Source: Octopus sinensis (Eukaryota). From it: DNA of 64,000 nt. Every line of letters starts with the position of its first letter. The stretch's first letter is position 1. Below are positions 27,732 through 40,116 of the stretch, piece by piece. The DNA is taken from positions 125,550,001 through 125,614,000 of the forward strand of contig NC_043000.1 in assembly GCF_006345805.1 (NCBI RefSeq), in the 5' to 3' direction. Under the pieces are notes generated by a model that had not been told where the DNA came from, ran no database searches, and saw only the letters and a list, made by a program, of their open reading frames with translations. Both the position numbers and the translations under genes were made by a program.

Positions 27732-28796
27732 ACTTGTGTAACTTTAAAAGCATTTACATTCTAAATGTGATTTTGCAAATTTATTTATAGTTGCAATATA
27801 ATGTTCTCATCTTATTTATGTTTTCAATGAAAAAAAAATCCTTGGTACAATGTAAGAGAAAATAAGTCTACATTTTTGTATGTTAACATTTTTGTATGAA
27901 TCAATCTACCTCTTAGGAATCATAGTTGAATTAGAAGTTGTATAAAAGCTACTCAGGTGAATTAGTTGTGAGCTTCTATTCTATTCTATCTATAGCACCA
28001 TAGCATGGCAAGTATAAATAGAGAAAATAACTAGGTAATAGTGTGCTAAATTTACTAGAAATTGAAGGTGTGATGCTATCTCACTTGAGAATAGTTAGGT
28101 TTATTTATGACTAAATAAGTATTTTGTATTAACAACCATTTGAAAATTTATTGTATTTTATCATCATCATTGTTTGGTTCTGCAAATATCTCTTTACAAA
28201 ACTGTTTCCTAAAGTTAGTATCAAGCTTTTGTCTAATATAACAACATATATCAATAATACTTCATATAAAAAAGCTCTAGCCAGGAGGAAAGCTGACTAT
28301 GCACAGTTGCTTGTACAGAAGCTCTAGTTCTAGTTCCATCATCTTTAATTTTTAGTGTAAATATTGTATTTTGATTTTATTACCTGCTAAAGTAGTTTCT
28401 TTTGTTTTTGCCAGTCACATAGTTTTCTCAGTTGGAGGTGATCCAAAATGCTTTACAGCAGCTCCATAACCATTTTCCCTTAGCAAATTGTGTTACTTGT
28501 AATTTAGAAGAAGCAATGGTATAGGCATGCCTTCTCTGTGACTTCATTACATTGGGATCGTGTCAGTTTGCAAATTTTAAACTTGAACGACAGACCATTC
28601 AACCAGCAATACATTGTTTGCGTCTGTCAATTAGATAAATACCGCTCTGTGAGTTAAACACTTTTATGAAGAAGATCTATCTTAACACTGTTCGACCAAA
28701 AATTAGTAATTTGATTCTATCAATCCAACAAACATTGTACTGCAAAGTTAAAGTTTATGAAGTTATCTTACTTCAATGATTTATAGCTTCAAGGAA

Positions 28797-28860
28797 GTGG
28801 GATGGGTATCGGATGTCAAGTTTGGTATACAACCAATTTGACATCCTGCACCTGTCCTAC
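28797..28860 (+). ncRNA. Candidate pre-miRNA-like hairpin
   Basis: GTGGGATGGGT/ACCTGTCCTAC (11 pairs including G-U), GGATGTCAA/TTGACATCC (9 bp), TTGGT/ACCAA, and a 5-nt loop. The G-U pairs favour the + strand. Confidence 0.4.
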
Positions 28861-29189
28861 TGAATCTCATTAGTTTGATCAACAAAGCAATACACATGCC
28901 AGTAGCTTTTCTTCTCTTCACTTCCTTTTCTTTTTCCTTCTTTCTTTATCACTATGCTTTTCAAATATATTTAATCTACATAACAGAAACTAAAATTTCT
29001 AAGAATTAAACAACAGAGAAGTGTTCTAATATACCTTATATTTTATGTGGGGCCAAAATAAAAGAATGTAAAGGACTGAAAGAGGAAGGTAAAAATAAAA
29101 TGAAGGAAATAAAAAGAAAAGAAAGAAAAGGTGTAATGATGATAAAAATATATTCATGTGGTAAACAAGGTGGAAAGGAAAAAAAGGTA

Positions 29190-29380
29190 ATGCTTATTTA
29201 TTCATATTGTTTTGAATTAATCATGCATTATCCCACAGCTTCAATATTTCTATGATGTGATTCTTTGTTTTAGTATGATATTGTAGGATAGATGTGAAAA
29301 CTCAGATCTGGGCTCATTTGAGCTTAAAACAGGATGACTGTTTTGATTGGCTGTGGTCAGTTTAAAGGCCAAAGAGTTAA
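29190..29380. mobile_element. piggyBac-type MITE P1, partial
   Basis: TGCTTATTTTATTCATATTGTTTTGAATTAATCATGCATTATC...AAAGAGTTAA. Confidence 0.6.
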
Positions 29381-29389
29381 GTTTACATA

Positions 29390-29600
29390 ATACTGTTTCA
29401 AATTTTGGCACAGGGCCAGTAGTTTTAGGTGAGGGAACAAATCGATTACTTCAACTCCAGTGTTTTACTGGTACTTATTTTATCATGCCTGATAAAATAA
29501 GTACCTTGGCAGGATTAGAACTCAGAATATAAAGATCTGGAGGAAATTCTGTTAAGCTTTTTTGTCTGAAGAATTTATGATTTTGGCTTCTCACCTCCTT
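29390..29600 (-). mobile_element. SINE family B, degenerate
   Basis: TTTCAAATTTTGGCACAGGGCCAG...ACTGGTACTTATTTTATC...GAACTCAGAA. Confidence 0.65.
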
Positions 29601-30174
29601 TAAGTTTACACGAAAATTAAAGTAACTCCTTTGTTAGTTATACACAGCACAAAAATATATTACATTCCGAGATATGACTAATGGCTGATTGATGGCCCTA
29701 TGTCATAAGGCTAAAGTCAGTCTACATAAATATAAGTCCATGTAGCCCTAAGCTGAATACTAAAAAGGAAAAGGAAATTAAAAAAAAGCCTGATTTATAT
29801 CACTGCTGGTCATTCACAAACATAACCAAAATGCTGTGGAATTGTGTCAGTAAGCAGGTCACACTTGTGTAATGAAAATTTTGACAACATATGAAAAATA
29901 TTTTTTTAATGAATTCAAGTTTGTGTGCTGTTAAATGGTTAGAAAAATATGTAATCTTCAGATTCACTTAGAGCATAAATAATTTTTGAGTATAGCAAAA
30001 AAAAAAAAAAAAAAAAAAAAAAAGGAAAGAAAATGCGTGAAGTATAACATGTTGAAGACTCTGAACTGCATGTTTCAGTTTCTGAATATGTAATCAATGT
30101 CAACTAGCTGTAACTAAAGCAATGATGACCAGAATAATAAGTGTAAATTTTTGAAATATTTCTCTTTTAAACAG

Positions 30175-30351
30175 AAGCTACAGCCAGTCATTTTCATGAA
30201 CCAACATTCATTGACTATTTACAAGCACTTGTCTCTGTGAACAACAGTGATTGTGTACCCAGAAAGGAACTCAATCAACCTATGAAATCTCTACACAGGC
30301 TTAGAAATAGTGTAGCTGATTGGCCTTCTTCTACTCATGAAGATATTTTAT
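30175..30351 (+). CDS. Candidate 177-nt symmetric (phase 1-1) coding exon of an unidentified gene
   Basis: Acceptor TTTCTCTTTTAAACAG, donor T|GTAAAG. Open frame ATASHFHEPTFIDYLQALVSVNNSDCVPRKELNQPMKSLHRLRNSVADWPSSTHEDIL. No homology recognised. Confidence 0.3.
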
Positions 30352-30373
30352 GTAAAGACATGGTTTTTACATG

Positions 30374-30520
<147 letters not shown>

Positions 30521-31030
30521 AAGCATTGGCTAAAGATTCTATCAATAGATTCTGGTGTTCATTATAACTCAAACAAAACACTTAAGACTCCAGTAATTTG
30601 TAACAGAGAACAACTTGAAGTTTCTAGAAGACCATTTGTCACAAGTCATAAACCAGGCCTGTCACAGGACAAGATTCCAGACAAATGAAGGCTTTATGGG
30701 GTATAATAGTACTGTAAATTGGGCTATAGAAGCTAAAAGGTTGCTAGAAGCTATATATCAGGTGTATGGAGCGATGAGTAAAGATGAAAGAGCTTTGCTA
30801 GTGTTCTACAATGAAAGAATAAGACATGTGAGGTGTTCTAAATTATGAAACAGTTTCAGTTCAAATCAAAAAGTAATTGTAGAAAAGCCTGTGTGAAATA
30901 ATAGCAGCACAATTACCCTTACCGATGTTAAGAAGAAAGAAGCATGGAAATATCAGAAGAGGTTGTTGAAAGAGAACACATGGAAGAAAGGTTTACTGCA
31001 AGTAGGCTCAATAGAGGAACCAGCTATTAA

Positions 31031-31513
31031 CCCTTTTGATACCAGCCTGGCTGAAACCGGCTCTGTTGTACAAATGTCTGGTTTTCATAAGTTTTGAATT
31101 AAAATCTTCCACCAAACCTTAGTTACAATTTATGTTCCTAACACTAGCAGAATGATAGATAAATTTAATTTACTAAATTCTTTGTTATATTTAAAGTAAT
31201 TGAAAGAAACACAGATCATCACAAAATAAATACCTATTTCTTTACTACCCACAAGGGGCTAAACACAGAAAGGACAAACAAGGACAGGCAAATGGATTAA
31301 GTCGATTATATCGACCCCAGTGTGTAACTGGTACTTATTTAATCGACCCCAATAGGATGAAAGGCAAAGTCAACCTCGGTGGAATTTGAACTCAGAACAT
31401 AAAGACAGACGAAATACCACTGAGCATTTCACCTGGCATGCTAACATTTCTGTCAGCTCGCCACCTTATCTGCCAGCTCACAGCATCTCGAAATAAATAC
31501 AGTAACGAAAGGG
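31031..31513. mobile_element. piggyBac-type MITE family P2 containing a SINE
   Basis: TTAA|CCCTTT...AAAGGG|TTAA (31027-31030, 31514-31517). Confidence 0.85.
31234..31468 (-). mobile_element. SINE family B nested in the MITE
   Basis: Full head and central domain. Flanking direct repeat AAATAAATAC at 31224-31233 and 31491-31500. Confidence 0.85.
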
Positions 31514-33477
31514 TTAAAGTTGATTCAGATGTAGCATGCAAGAGAGAATACTGTTTCGGGACTGTCATGTGATACATACAGAGTATGTTTATTGGGTGTA
31601 GAAGTGCCACATGATTGAAGTAGATGAACCATATGAAAGGCGAAGAAATAGTAAAAGTTGGTCTGAGGGAACTGAACCTTGCAAGATTGTAACAATGGCA
31701 AGACACTGCCCTAAAGATGACCAGTGCAAACATAGAAAAGCAAATTCAAAATAATGGTGATTTATACATTAGTGTCATAGTTACTATATTTAATAGTAAA
31801 TCATTTTACACTTGGTACTTTACTGATCAACACATTGACTCTTGATTGTTTTGTGGATTTAATTGAAAACAAAGACTAGCAGAATAGAATAGAATTATCT
31901 CAAAACAGTATTCAGTTTAAGAGTTAAATTCTTAGTTTTAGTTCAAGAGTTAAAGGTTAGATAAATTTACATTCCTTTAAGAGTCGTAATTGCTTTGGTT
32001 AAACTTGGGGAAACTTTGAATAGAAGTGGGGAATTTTGATGAAGTACTACAAAATAAATGATCATATCTGAAGTTAAATTGGTTTAATCTATACTTCAAA
32101 ACAAGTGAAGGTAGAATTTTACTCCTAACCATAAAATTTAGCTGGAAAGATGATTGAATTAATAAAAAATAACATACACTACAGTTAAAGCAGTTTCTTT
32201 ATATAGGATTATATGGTTATCAATAACCAGGTATTAGAGTGATGAAAAAGAGAAAAAAAACCTGTATCTTTGATATCAGAAATTCATAAAATATAATTGG
32301 ATAATGATAATTATGTGGATTCATTATTAGTTTTTGTTATTTATACTTCCTTGTTACTTTATAATTATACCAAACAATAAAATATAATGAATGATATATG
32401 AATGATATTCTGATATATATATATATCAATTTTATTTTTTATAACATAAATTGTTTAAATTTTGTGTGTATGTGTGTGTTGTGTGGAGGAATTAAATTAA
32501 AATCTGCAATAAGTCAAATCGTATCCATTTTCTGTTTGTGTATGTAATATTAAAAATTCATTTTTCTAATTATATTAGAATTACAGTTATGTCTAAGTGA
32601 ACAGAGATTTACTATATCCATATGCAAAAGCTTATGGTAGTGTTGACTGGTGCTGCACTAATTAATTGCCTATTTTTAAAGCTAGTGACACTAAGTGGTA
32701 ATTCAGTGTCAGTTATTCTCACTGAAGCTTCCGTTGTTGCTTCTTGGTATTCACTAAGTTAATGTGAATATTGATTTTTAACATCAGCTTGAATTCTTGA
32801 TGTAGGCCATTTCATTTGTTAAAAAAGAGAGAGAATCATTGATTTTATCATAAATTTTATGCATCAGATTACATTGGTTGATCATTGTATTTACAAAATC
32901 TGTTTATTGTAAAGAGAGGCCCTAAATTTCTAATTGTTTTACCAAAATGGAAATCTAGTCATACAAAAACAAAATAAAATAAAGAAATAAAAATTTTTTA
33001 AAAATTGTATAATGCATTGAAGAGAGGCTGAGTGAACTAGCTAGTGTGTGCATAATGAAAATAAAACAGTTATTATTACATCCAAAATTTAACCCAGCCT
33101 GCTTATGTGGTGATGGCTTTTAAGACAAGGTTGGGTATGGAATATCGAATCTTTTGTCATTGTAATTATGTCTCTTGCTTCAAAATATTGAAAGCTTTTT
33201 TTTTTTTCTTTTTCTTCCTTTTTTTTTTTTTATAAAATTTTGTCAATATCCAAGAAGTCAATATTCAAGATGCAATGAAAGACTAATGTTTTCTATATTA
33301 GATTTTCAATTCTTTGATGGTTAAATATCAGCTTAAATTTCCAAATAATGGTATAAAAGAACAATCTTATCTCAATGGTTAAATGGAAAATGTGGGTGTC
33401 TATACAAATGTGTGTATGCATTGTGCCCTAAGCCCCCCCCCCTCCCCCATGTATGTACCTACATATATACTTACATA

Positions 33478-34045
33478 CATAGGCATGGCTGTGTGGTTAA
33501 GAAGCTTGTTTTGCAACCGCATGTTTTCAGGTTCAATTCCACTGCACAACACCTTGGGTAAGTGTCTTCTCTAGCTCAGGCCACCCAATGCCTTGTAAGT
33601 GAATTTGACAGGCAGAAATTGTGTAGAACCCATACATGCATGGATACATATATATACACACACATACACTCATACACACACATACACATATTATTTTGTT
33701 AAGGTTATTTCTACAGATATTCAATGGAAATTCTAGCGTGCACTGATTTTTGCTACAGCATTTCGTATCCAAGAATTCAAATGTAAACTATGAAAAATGG
33801 GTAATGAGCACATATGCCATATTTCAAGGGTTTTTGTCCTTTATCAGCATACATCTAACCCATTAATTATCCTCAGACACATTGCTTAAATAGCCATCAC
33901 ACATAGTGGTATAAAAATTATTGGATATACCAATTTATGTATTAAACACTCCTTTAGGTTCAGGGGTTGATTTGTTTGATTACAACCTTCAAGGTAGTGC
34001 CCTAGCATGGCTGCAATCCAATGATTGAAACGAGTAAAAGATAAT
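33478..34045 (+). mobile_element. SINE family A split by an insertion (head 33478-33690, tail 33955-34045)
   Basis: GGCATGGCTGTGTGGTTAAG...GGTTCAATTCC head and GCATGGCTGCAATCCAATGATTGAAACGAGTAAAAG tail. Confidence 0.7.
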
Positions 34046-34692
34046 AGATACTTAGATACTTACATGCTTGTTCTATCAAAATGCTTTACAATTCGTTTGT
34101 GGATTTAATTTTACAAATAACAAGATTCTTTGCAATAACTATTGTTGGTTACTCTTGTAAAACTTGGAAGTTAAAAGTATTTTTTAATGCTGCTGCTTCT
34201 TTAGGTTTTGTTTGTTTCATTGTTTAATAATCTCTTTGTCATTGAAAACATTATTAAAATATTGTGTATTGTTTCATGAAAAATTCCTTTTGATTTTTGA
34301 CTTGACTGTTTGAAATTATCTGTCATAGACCAGCTGATTAGATGTAAAAAATTGGAAGGTTGGGAAGAACACATGGTCGAAATTTTGAGTGATTTCTCTA
34401 ATAAAAAAAATAAATTTTTTTTTAAAAGTCGAAGTGGGGAATCTAACAAAAAAACAACTAAAAGAATTAAACTTGCATTAAAAATGGTTTTGTCAAAAAT
34501 CAATATGGAACACTGATCAGAAAGCAATTCTAGGATTATCTGTTCTTTATTCCCCCCCCCCCACCACCACCACCACCAATAAAGAAAAACAAAAGAAAAA
34601 GCAAACAAGTTATCTTTTTGTTATATAGTAGAAGCAAAACTGCTAAGTGGGTAAGGCATTTGGCCTTTAGCTTATAAATTTTAAGCTCATAT

Positions 34693-35018
34693 TTACTCTT
34701 TTACTTGTTTAAGTTATTTGACTGCAGCCATGCTGGAGCACTGCCTTTAGTCAAGCAAATCGACCCCAGGAGTTATTCTTTGTACTTATTCTATTGGTAT
34801 CTTTTGCTGAACTGCTAAGTTACAGGGACGTAAACACACCAGCATCGGTTGTCAAGCGATGTTGGGAAGACAAACACAGACACACAAACATATACATACG
34901 TACGTACGTACGTATGATGGGCTTCTTTCAATTTCCGTCTACCAAATCCACTCACAAGGCTTTGGTCGGCCCGAAGCTATAGTAGAAGACACTTGCCCAA
35001 GATGCGACTCCTGCGCCT
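34693..35018 (-). mobile_element. SINE family A with deletion in the head
   Basis: Colinear with 24061-24478. Jumps from CCCAAGATGC to ACTCCTGCGCCT. Confidence 0.85.
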
Positions 35019-35429
35019 TGTTGACAAATTTTGTGAAGTCTTGTCATATTTCTACATTTCTAGGTAATAAGGTACATAGTTTACTTTTAGAACTTTTCCT
35101 TAGACTGACCAGAGTGTCATTCAGCTCATTTTCAGAATCAGGAATTACACACTGGGTTTAGGAATCCTTACAATTCATGGAAATATTTTGTTTTTGTACA
35201 GTATTGTTCCAACCCAAATAAACATAAGATCATAACATTTAAGGCATCTATCACAACTAAAACTTAACATATTTAAATGTTATCCATGGGAAGGTTGTAA
35301 ATCTATTTACAACTCAACACAAGTAATTTTTCTGAACTCCAAATTTTATAATGAAATTAAAGAAGAAAGAAAAATTATCATGAACATATTTTAAGTGTTC
35401 TGATGACAAAACAGTATATAAATTGTAGG

Positions 35430-36023
35430 TTATCTTTTAGCTTTTATTTGTTTTGCTCATTAGACTGCGGGCATGCTGGGACACCACCTTGAAGAATTCA
35501 CCCTAGTACTTTTGTTTTCTTTAAAGCCTGGTATTTATTCTATCAGTCTCTTTTGCCACACCGCTAAGTTATGGGAACATAAACACACCAACACTATTTG
35601 TCAAGTGGTAATGGGAGACAGACAGACAAACACACACACACACACATATATATATACATACGTGACAGGCTTCTTTCACTTTCTTATTTCTTTATTGCCC
35701 ACAAGGGGCTAAACATAGAGGGGACAAACAAGGACAGACAAAGGAATTAAGTCGATTACATTGACCCCCAGTGCATAACTGGTACTTAATTTATCAACCC
35801 CGAAAGGATGAAAGCAAAGTCGACCTCGACGGAATTTGAACTCAGAACTTTCACTTTCTTTCAACCAAATCCACTCACAAGGCCTTGGTTGACCTGAGGT
35901 TATAGTAGAAAACACTTGCCCAAGGTGCCACACAGTGTGACTGAAACTGGAACCAACTAAAGGGGTCCAGAACCATGTGGTTGGAAAACAAACCCCTTAC
36001 CATACAGCCATACCTGCACCTAT
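35430..36023 (-). mobile_element. SINE family A interrupted by SINE B
   Basis: Tail 35430-35685, head 35860-36023. Confidence 0.8.
35686..35847 (-). mobile_element. 5'-truncated SINE family B
   Basis: 13-bp TSD CTTTCACTTTCTT at 35673-35685 and 35848-35860. Confidence 0.88.
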
Positions 36024-37037
36024 GTATCAGCTTTTATGATAAAATCCCTTTTTCAGCCCTCTCCTTTCTAGAACTGCATATTGTCTGAAACTCGTTTCTA
36101 TTAACCTGCAAAAATTCAAATTCAACGTTAATATTGCACACACCCAGTTCTCCAGTATCATTAGAGTTCTACTTGTAGCTGTGGGATGTTGTTAATGCCT
36201 ATGCACATGAGACTGTATCCAAAGTAATGCCATTTTTCTAATTGACAATGATTTGCTTGTCAATACACAGCTCTCACTCACAGACTCACTGTTTCCTCTC
36301 TCTGACACTTCTTGCCTCTCATACTGTCTTGCATCATTGCCCCTATTTCCACACACAACAGTGTATAGTCCTTATTTGCCAGAACATCAACCCACTTGAA
36401 TTCCTTTGATGCCCATATTTCATCTCCAGAGAGTCAAACTAAATATCAATTTCTCAAACCTCACGGGATTTTCATGTACAAAACCCCTTAATTTCGATTT
36501 TAAAATATAGAAATGAAAAGCTTTTGCTCTTCAGGACTAATTGACTGTATCCCTTGCCAGCCAGGACCACCTGATCCACCAATCGTTCTTCCTACCATCA
36601 CTCTTAATGGATTTCTCCTCTAGGCCCTGCATTAAAACCTTTGCTTCCTACCACCACCACCACCACCATGAAATGCAAGTCTTTATAATTCTACCCTTCT
36701 GAATTTGTTCTTTCAATTGACTGACCTACAGATTTTCATCATGAACATCAACCACATCAATCTTGTCTGTCTGGATGGACATCCAAAGGTCTCTTTTCCT
36801 TTCACATTCTTTAATATACACAATGAGGTTTCAGTTTCTATCTACCAAATCCACTCACTAGGCCTCGGTTAGCCTGAAGCTGTAGTCGATGACACTTGCC
36901 CAAGATGCCATTAAAACCGAATATATATCTTGAACAGGAAACAACAAAAAATATTCTCGTAACATTAAAAGATGTCATCGTCCATCATCATTTTTGTTTT
37001 CCCTGTTGGCATGAATCTGTTATATATTCAGTAGTAC

Positions 37038-37210
37038 TCTATCTATCTATCTATCTATCTCTGTCTATCTCTATCTATCTATCTCTGTCTATCTCTATCT
37101 ATCTATCTCTGTCTATCTCTATCTATCTATCTCTGTCTATATCTATCTATCTATATATATATATATATATATATATAGATAGATAGGTAGATATAGATAT
37201 AGATATATAC
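37038..37210. repeat. (TCTA)n microsatellite with 24-bp higher-order unit, then (TA)n and (GATA)n
   Basis: CTATCTATCTATCTCTGTCTATCT repeated about 4 times. Confidence 0.9.
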
Positions 37211-37359
37211 ATATGTATTGTAGCATTGATTTTTATTTTTTCCATCACTCAACACAAAGCCAAGTTTTCATATGTGATTGAATTAACTCTACTCTATAAA
37301 CATTACTTGTATCTTTAACTCTGAAGGATAAAAAGCAAAAGTTGAATATTTATATTTGT

Positions 37360-37805
37360 AAGGTGGCTAGCAGGCTGAATTGTTAGCATACTGGACAAGA
37401 TGCTTGGCAGCATTTCATCTATCCTTACATTCTGAGTTCAAATTCCATTGAGGTAGGCTTAGTCTTTCATCCTTTCAGCATTGAGAAAATGAGTACCAAT
37501 TGAGCACTGGAGCGGGTTTAACCCTTTAGTATTTAAACCGGCCATATCCGGCCAAAATATTTAATCTATTTTATGTTCAAACTGACCAGATCCAGGCTCT
37601 CACACCTACCCTACAATGTTATTCTACATTAGGTAATTACACCATCAAGATCTTGAAGATATGAGATAATGCATGATTAATTCAAATCAATGTGAATCAG
37701 TAAGCATTATGTTTGATACCATAATCAGAACACTAAAAGGTTAATCCACTCATCCCCCACCCCTACGAAAATGCTAGTCTTGTGCCAAAATTTGAAACCA
37801 ATATT
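37360..37805 (+). mobile_element. SINE family B split by a piggyBac MITE
   Basis: Head and central domain at 37360-37515. Tail (GCTAGTCTTGTGCCAAAATTTGAAAC) at 37745-37805. Confidence 0.75.
37522..37740. mobile_element. piggyBac-type MITE P1
   Basis: TTAA|CCCTTTAGT...ACTAAAAGG|TTAA. Reverse complement of 61117-61337. Confidence 0.85.
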
Positions 37806-38744
37806 AATATTTGCATGTAATAGAATTGTTGACCTCAAGTTTATTCTTGTTCTATATTTCTCTAATAAAGTTAGAAAAATCAAGATAGAAACTGGAAAAA
37901 CTTAGCCACACAGCATTCATGAATTTCCTGATTGAAAACACTGCTGTTCTCCTTTTGTTGTCTATTTTTCTTTTGAAGAGAAAAGTGAGTTGCTATTTAC
38001 TAACAGAAAGTATCTGGAGACAGCCTTTGGAGAAGAAAGGGAGAAAAAGAATTTCATTGGTTTAACAAGAAAAGCATTCTTGTTAAATAAAAATCATAAC
38101 TGTTTTCATTGGTTAAGATTTTACTGATCTGTTGTGTTAAATATAAGGAAATAACAGTTAAGTGGTTTGTAACTGAACAGGAAATCGTACTCAAAGTTGT
38201 ACTTTGTAAGTTGACAGTGTTATTACATTATGGGCACTTGATTTGCTAAGTATTTCTTGCAGAAATGGAGAAAAGAAAGTTTTTGTCTTTTTTTTTTTTG
38301 TTCCTTTGTGCATCAATATTAAAGTTCAGTGCTTATGTGGTAGTTTTATCATGGTTTAGATAAATACATTTTATAAATATCGTATTCTTTTATGAAGTGT
38401 AGCAAAGTCTTTCAATACATGAGCGTTCTGTTTGCCGATGGTTTTGATTGAGATTTTTATTTGTGATGTATTTGCACAAGTAATCATGTTGAAGAACTGT
38501 ATTTGCATAACATTCATGACATAAATGCATAAAGTAATTCTTACAAAGACACAGCAGCTATCTTGTTTATCAATCTTCTGACATTGGGCATCCATAGACT
38601 TGACATTAAGGATTTCTGTGGAGAACTTTTCAGACTAGTTTTCACCCTAAGTTACTAAATACAACTCATTTTATGTCCTTATCATAGAACCAAGAGCTCT
38701 CTGTTCCAAGTGTGTTGACATCAATAAGGTTAATCTTTTTGAAA

Positions 38745-38962
38745 TGGTGATGGAGCCATGTAAAAAGCACCCAGTATACTCAGTGGAGTGGTTGGCATTA
38801 GGAAGTACATTCAGCTGTAGAAACCATACTGAAACAGAATGTGAAACCTGGTACAGCCCTTGGCCTTGCCAGTTACTATCAAGCTATCTAACCATTGCCA
38901 ACATGGAAAACAGACATTAGATATTATTGTTGTTGTTGAGGATGATGATGATAATGATGATG
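38745..38962 (+). mobile_element. Retroposon family C
   Basis: GGTTGGCATTAGGAAGTACATTCAGCTGTAGAAAC...(GAT)n. Confidence 0.75.
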
Positions 38963-38989
38963 TACCAATCTATCCAAAATTGCTCCTGA

Positions 38990-39172
38990 TTCTTTGATAC
39001 AATTTTCCTGTTTTAGTGATTTTAAATTAAAAATTCCCATCAAAATTTCATGTTAAGTTCCAAATACCAGATTAATAAAAACAAGTTATTTTACTAAAGT
39101 CTTTATTTTCAGAATGATTTAAGATAAAGGAAACGTGTTTTTCAACAGAAATATACGAACTAAAATGGTTAA
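38990..39172. mobile_element. piggyBac-type MITE P2, partial
   Basis: Similar to 31070-31230. Ends AAAATGG|TTAA. Confidence 0.5.
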
Positions 39173-40099
39173 TGGGAGTAAGCAGACTTCTAATAGTCTT
39201 ATTTGGTAAACAATATATATTGTTCCAGAAATTCCTAAATCTCTAAGCAGATTTCCTAATAATATATTGATCTCATCAAGTAGTAACTAAAAGAAAGTTG
39301 GTAGCTGTGCTATTATGTATCAGTAATTTCTCTGATGAGAAAATTTGTAAATGATTTAAAAAATTTTTTTATATAATATGAAATAACTTAATCTTTAAAA
39401 TTGAGAGGAATTACAGCACAAGGTGTGATCAATTTAACCTTTAAAAAAAAAAAAAATTTCTTCGATGTTTATCTGAGAATCAAATAAACATTGTAGACTA
39501 AATTAGATCGAAGGGAAAGTTTTCATGTTTAATCAAAGGTCAAGTTATTTTCATTTTCATAGAGAGGTGTGTTTGGGCATATGCATGTATGCACAACAAA
39601 AGCATTTCAAACAATGCAGTAGGAAATGAAATAATAAAATATATTAATATAACACAGAGTCTGGATTTCCATATAACAACATCTCTTTCTTTACTAAGTC
39701 TGTGCATAACTTCGACTGCAGAATAACTGAAACTACATTTTATATGTTTTAAAAGTCAGTTTTTCTTCTTTATGGGAAAAATAGTTTTTACCAATTTCCT
39801 TTCTGTCTAGTAGAAAAAAAAAAAGTAATCAACTTCATATTTCAATTTTTTTTCTATAACATTCTTATATATTTTGCAATTGATTTTATTTAAATTTTCT
39901 TTTTACTCTATTTAAATGCTAGTTCAAAATATATGAAATCAACATGTTTACAACTGTAGTTTAAAAAAAAAAATGAGTAGTCACATGTTTTTAATGTTTT
40001 TTAATATTTTAGAATTATTACTCTTCACTTAACTTTGGAGAAAATAAAATTATTTCTCATTGTATAACCATATTTGTTATTTACTTCTACATTTTTTAG

Positions 40100-40116
40100 G
40101 ATATTATTTCTTCCCT
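40100..40116 (+). CDS. Weak candidate 17-nt microexon
   Basis: Long AG-free pyrimidine-rich tract ending TTTTTTAG, exon GATATTATTTCTTCCCT, donor GTATGT (at the edge of a microsatellite). Confidence 0.2.

Larger units (their letters stand above)
27008..29080. other. Long-range inverted repeat pair (27008-27041 and 29046-29080)
   Basis: TTCAGTCCTTTACATTCTTT-C-TTTTGGCCCCACA versus TGTGGGGCCAAAA-TA-AAAGAATGTAAAGGACTGAA gives 20 + 13 perfect base pairs. Confidence 0.9.
30560..31765 (+). pseudogene. Decayed, internally deleted RTE LINE interrupted by a piggyBac MITE
   Basis: KKEAWKYQKRLLKENTW...IEEPAI resembles the RTE pre-RT linker (W..Y...LLN.EN). C-terminal-like QERILF..HVI...IEVD follows the MITE. 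Confidence 0.5.
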
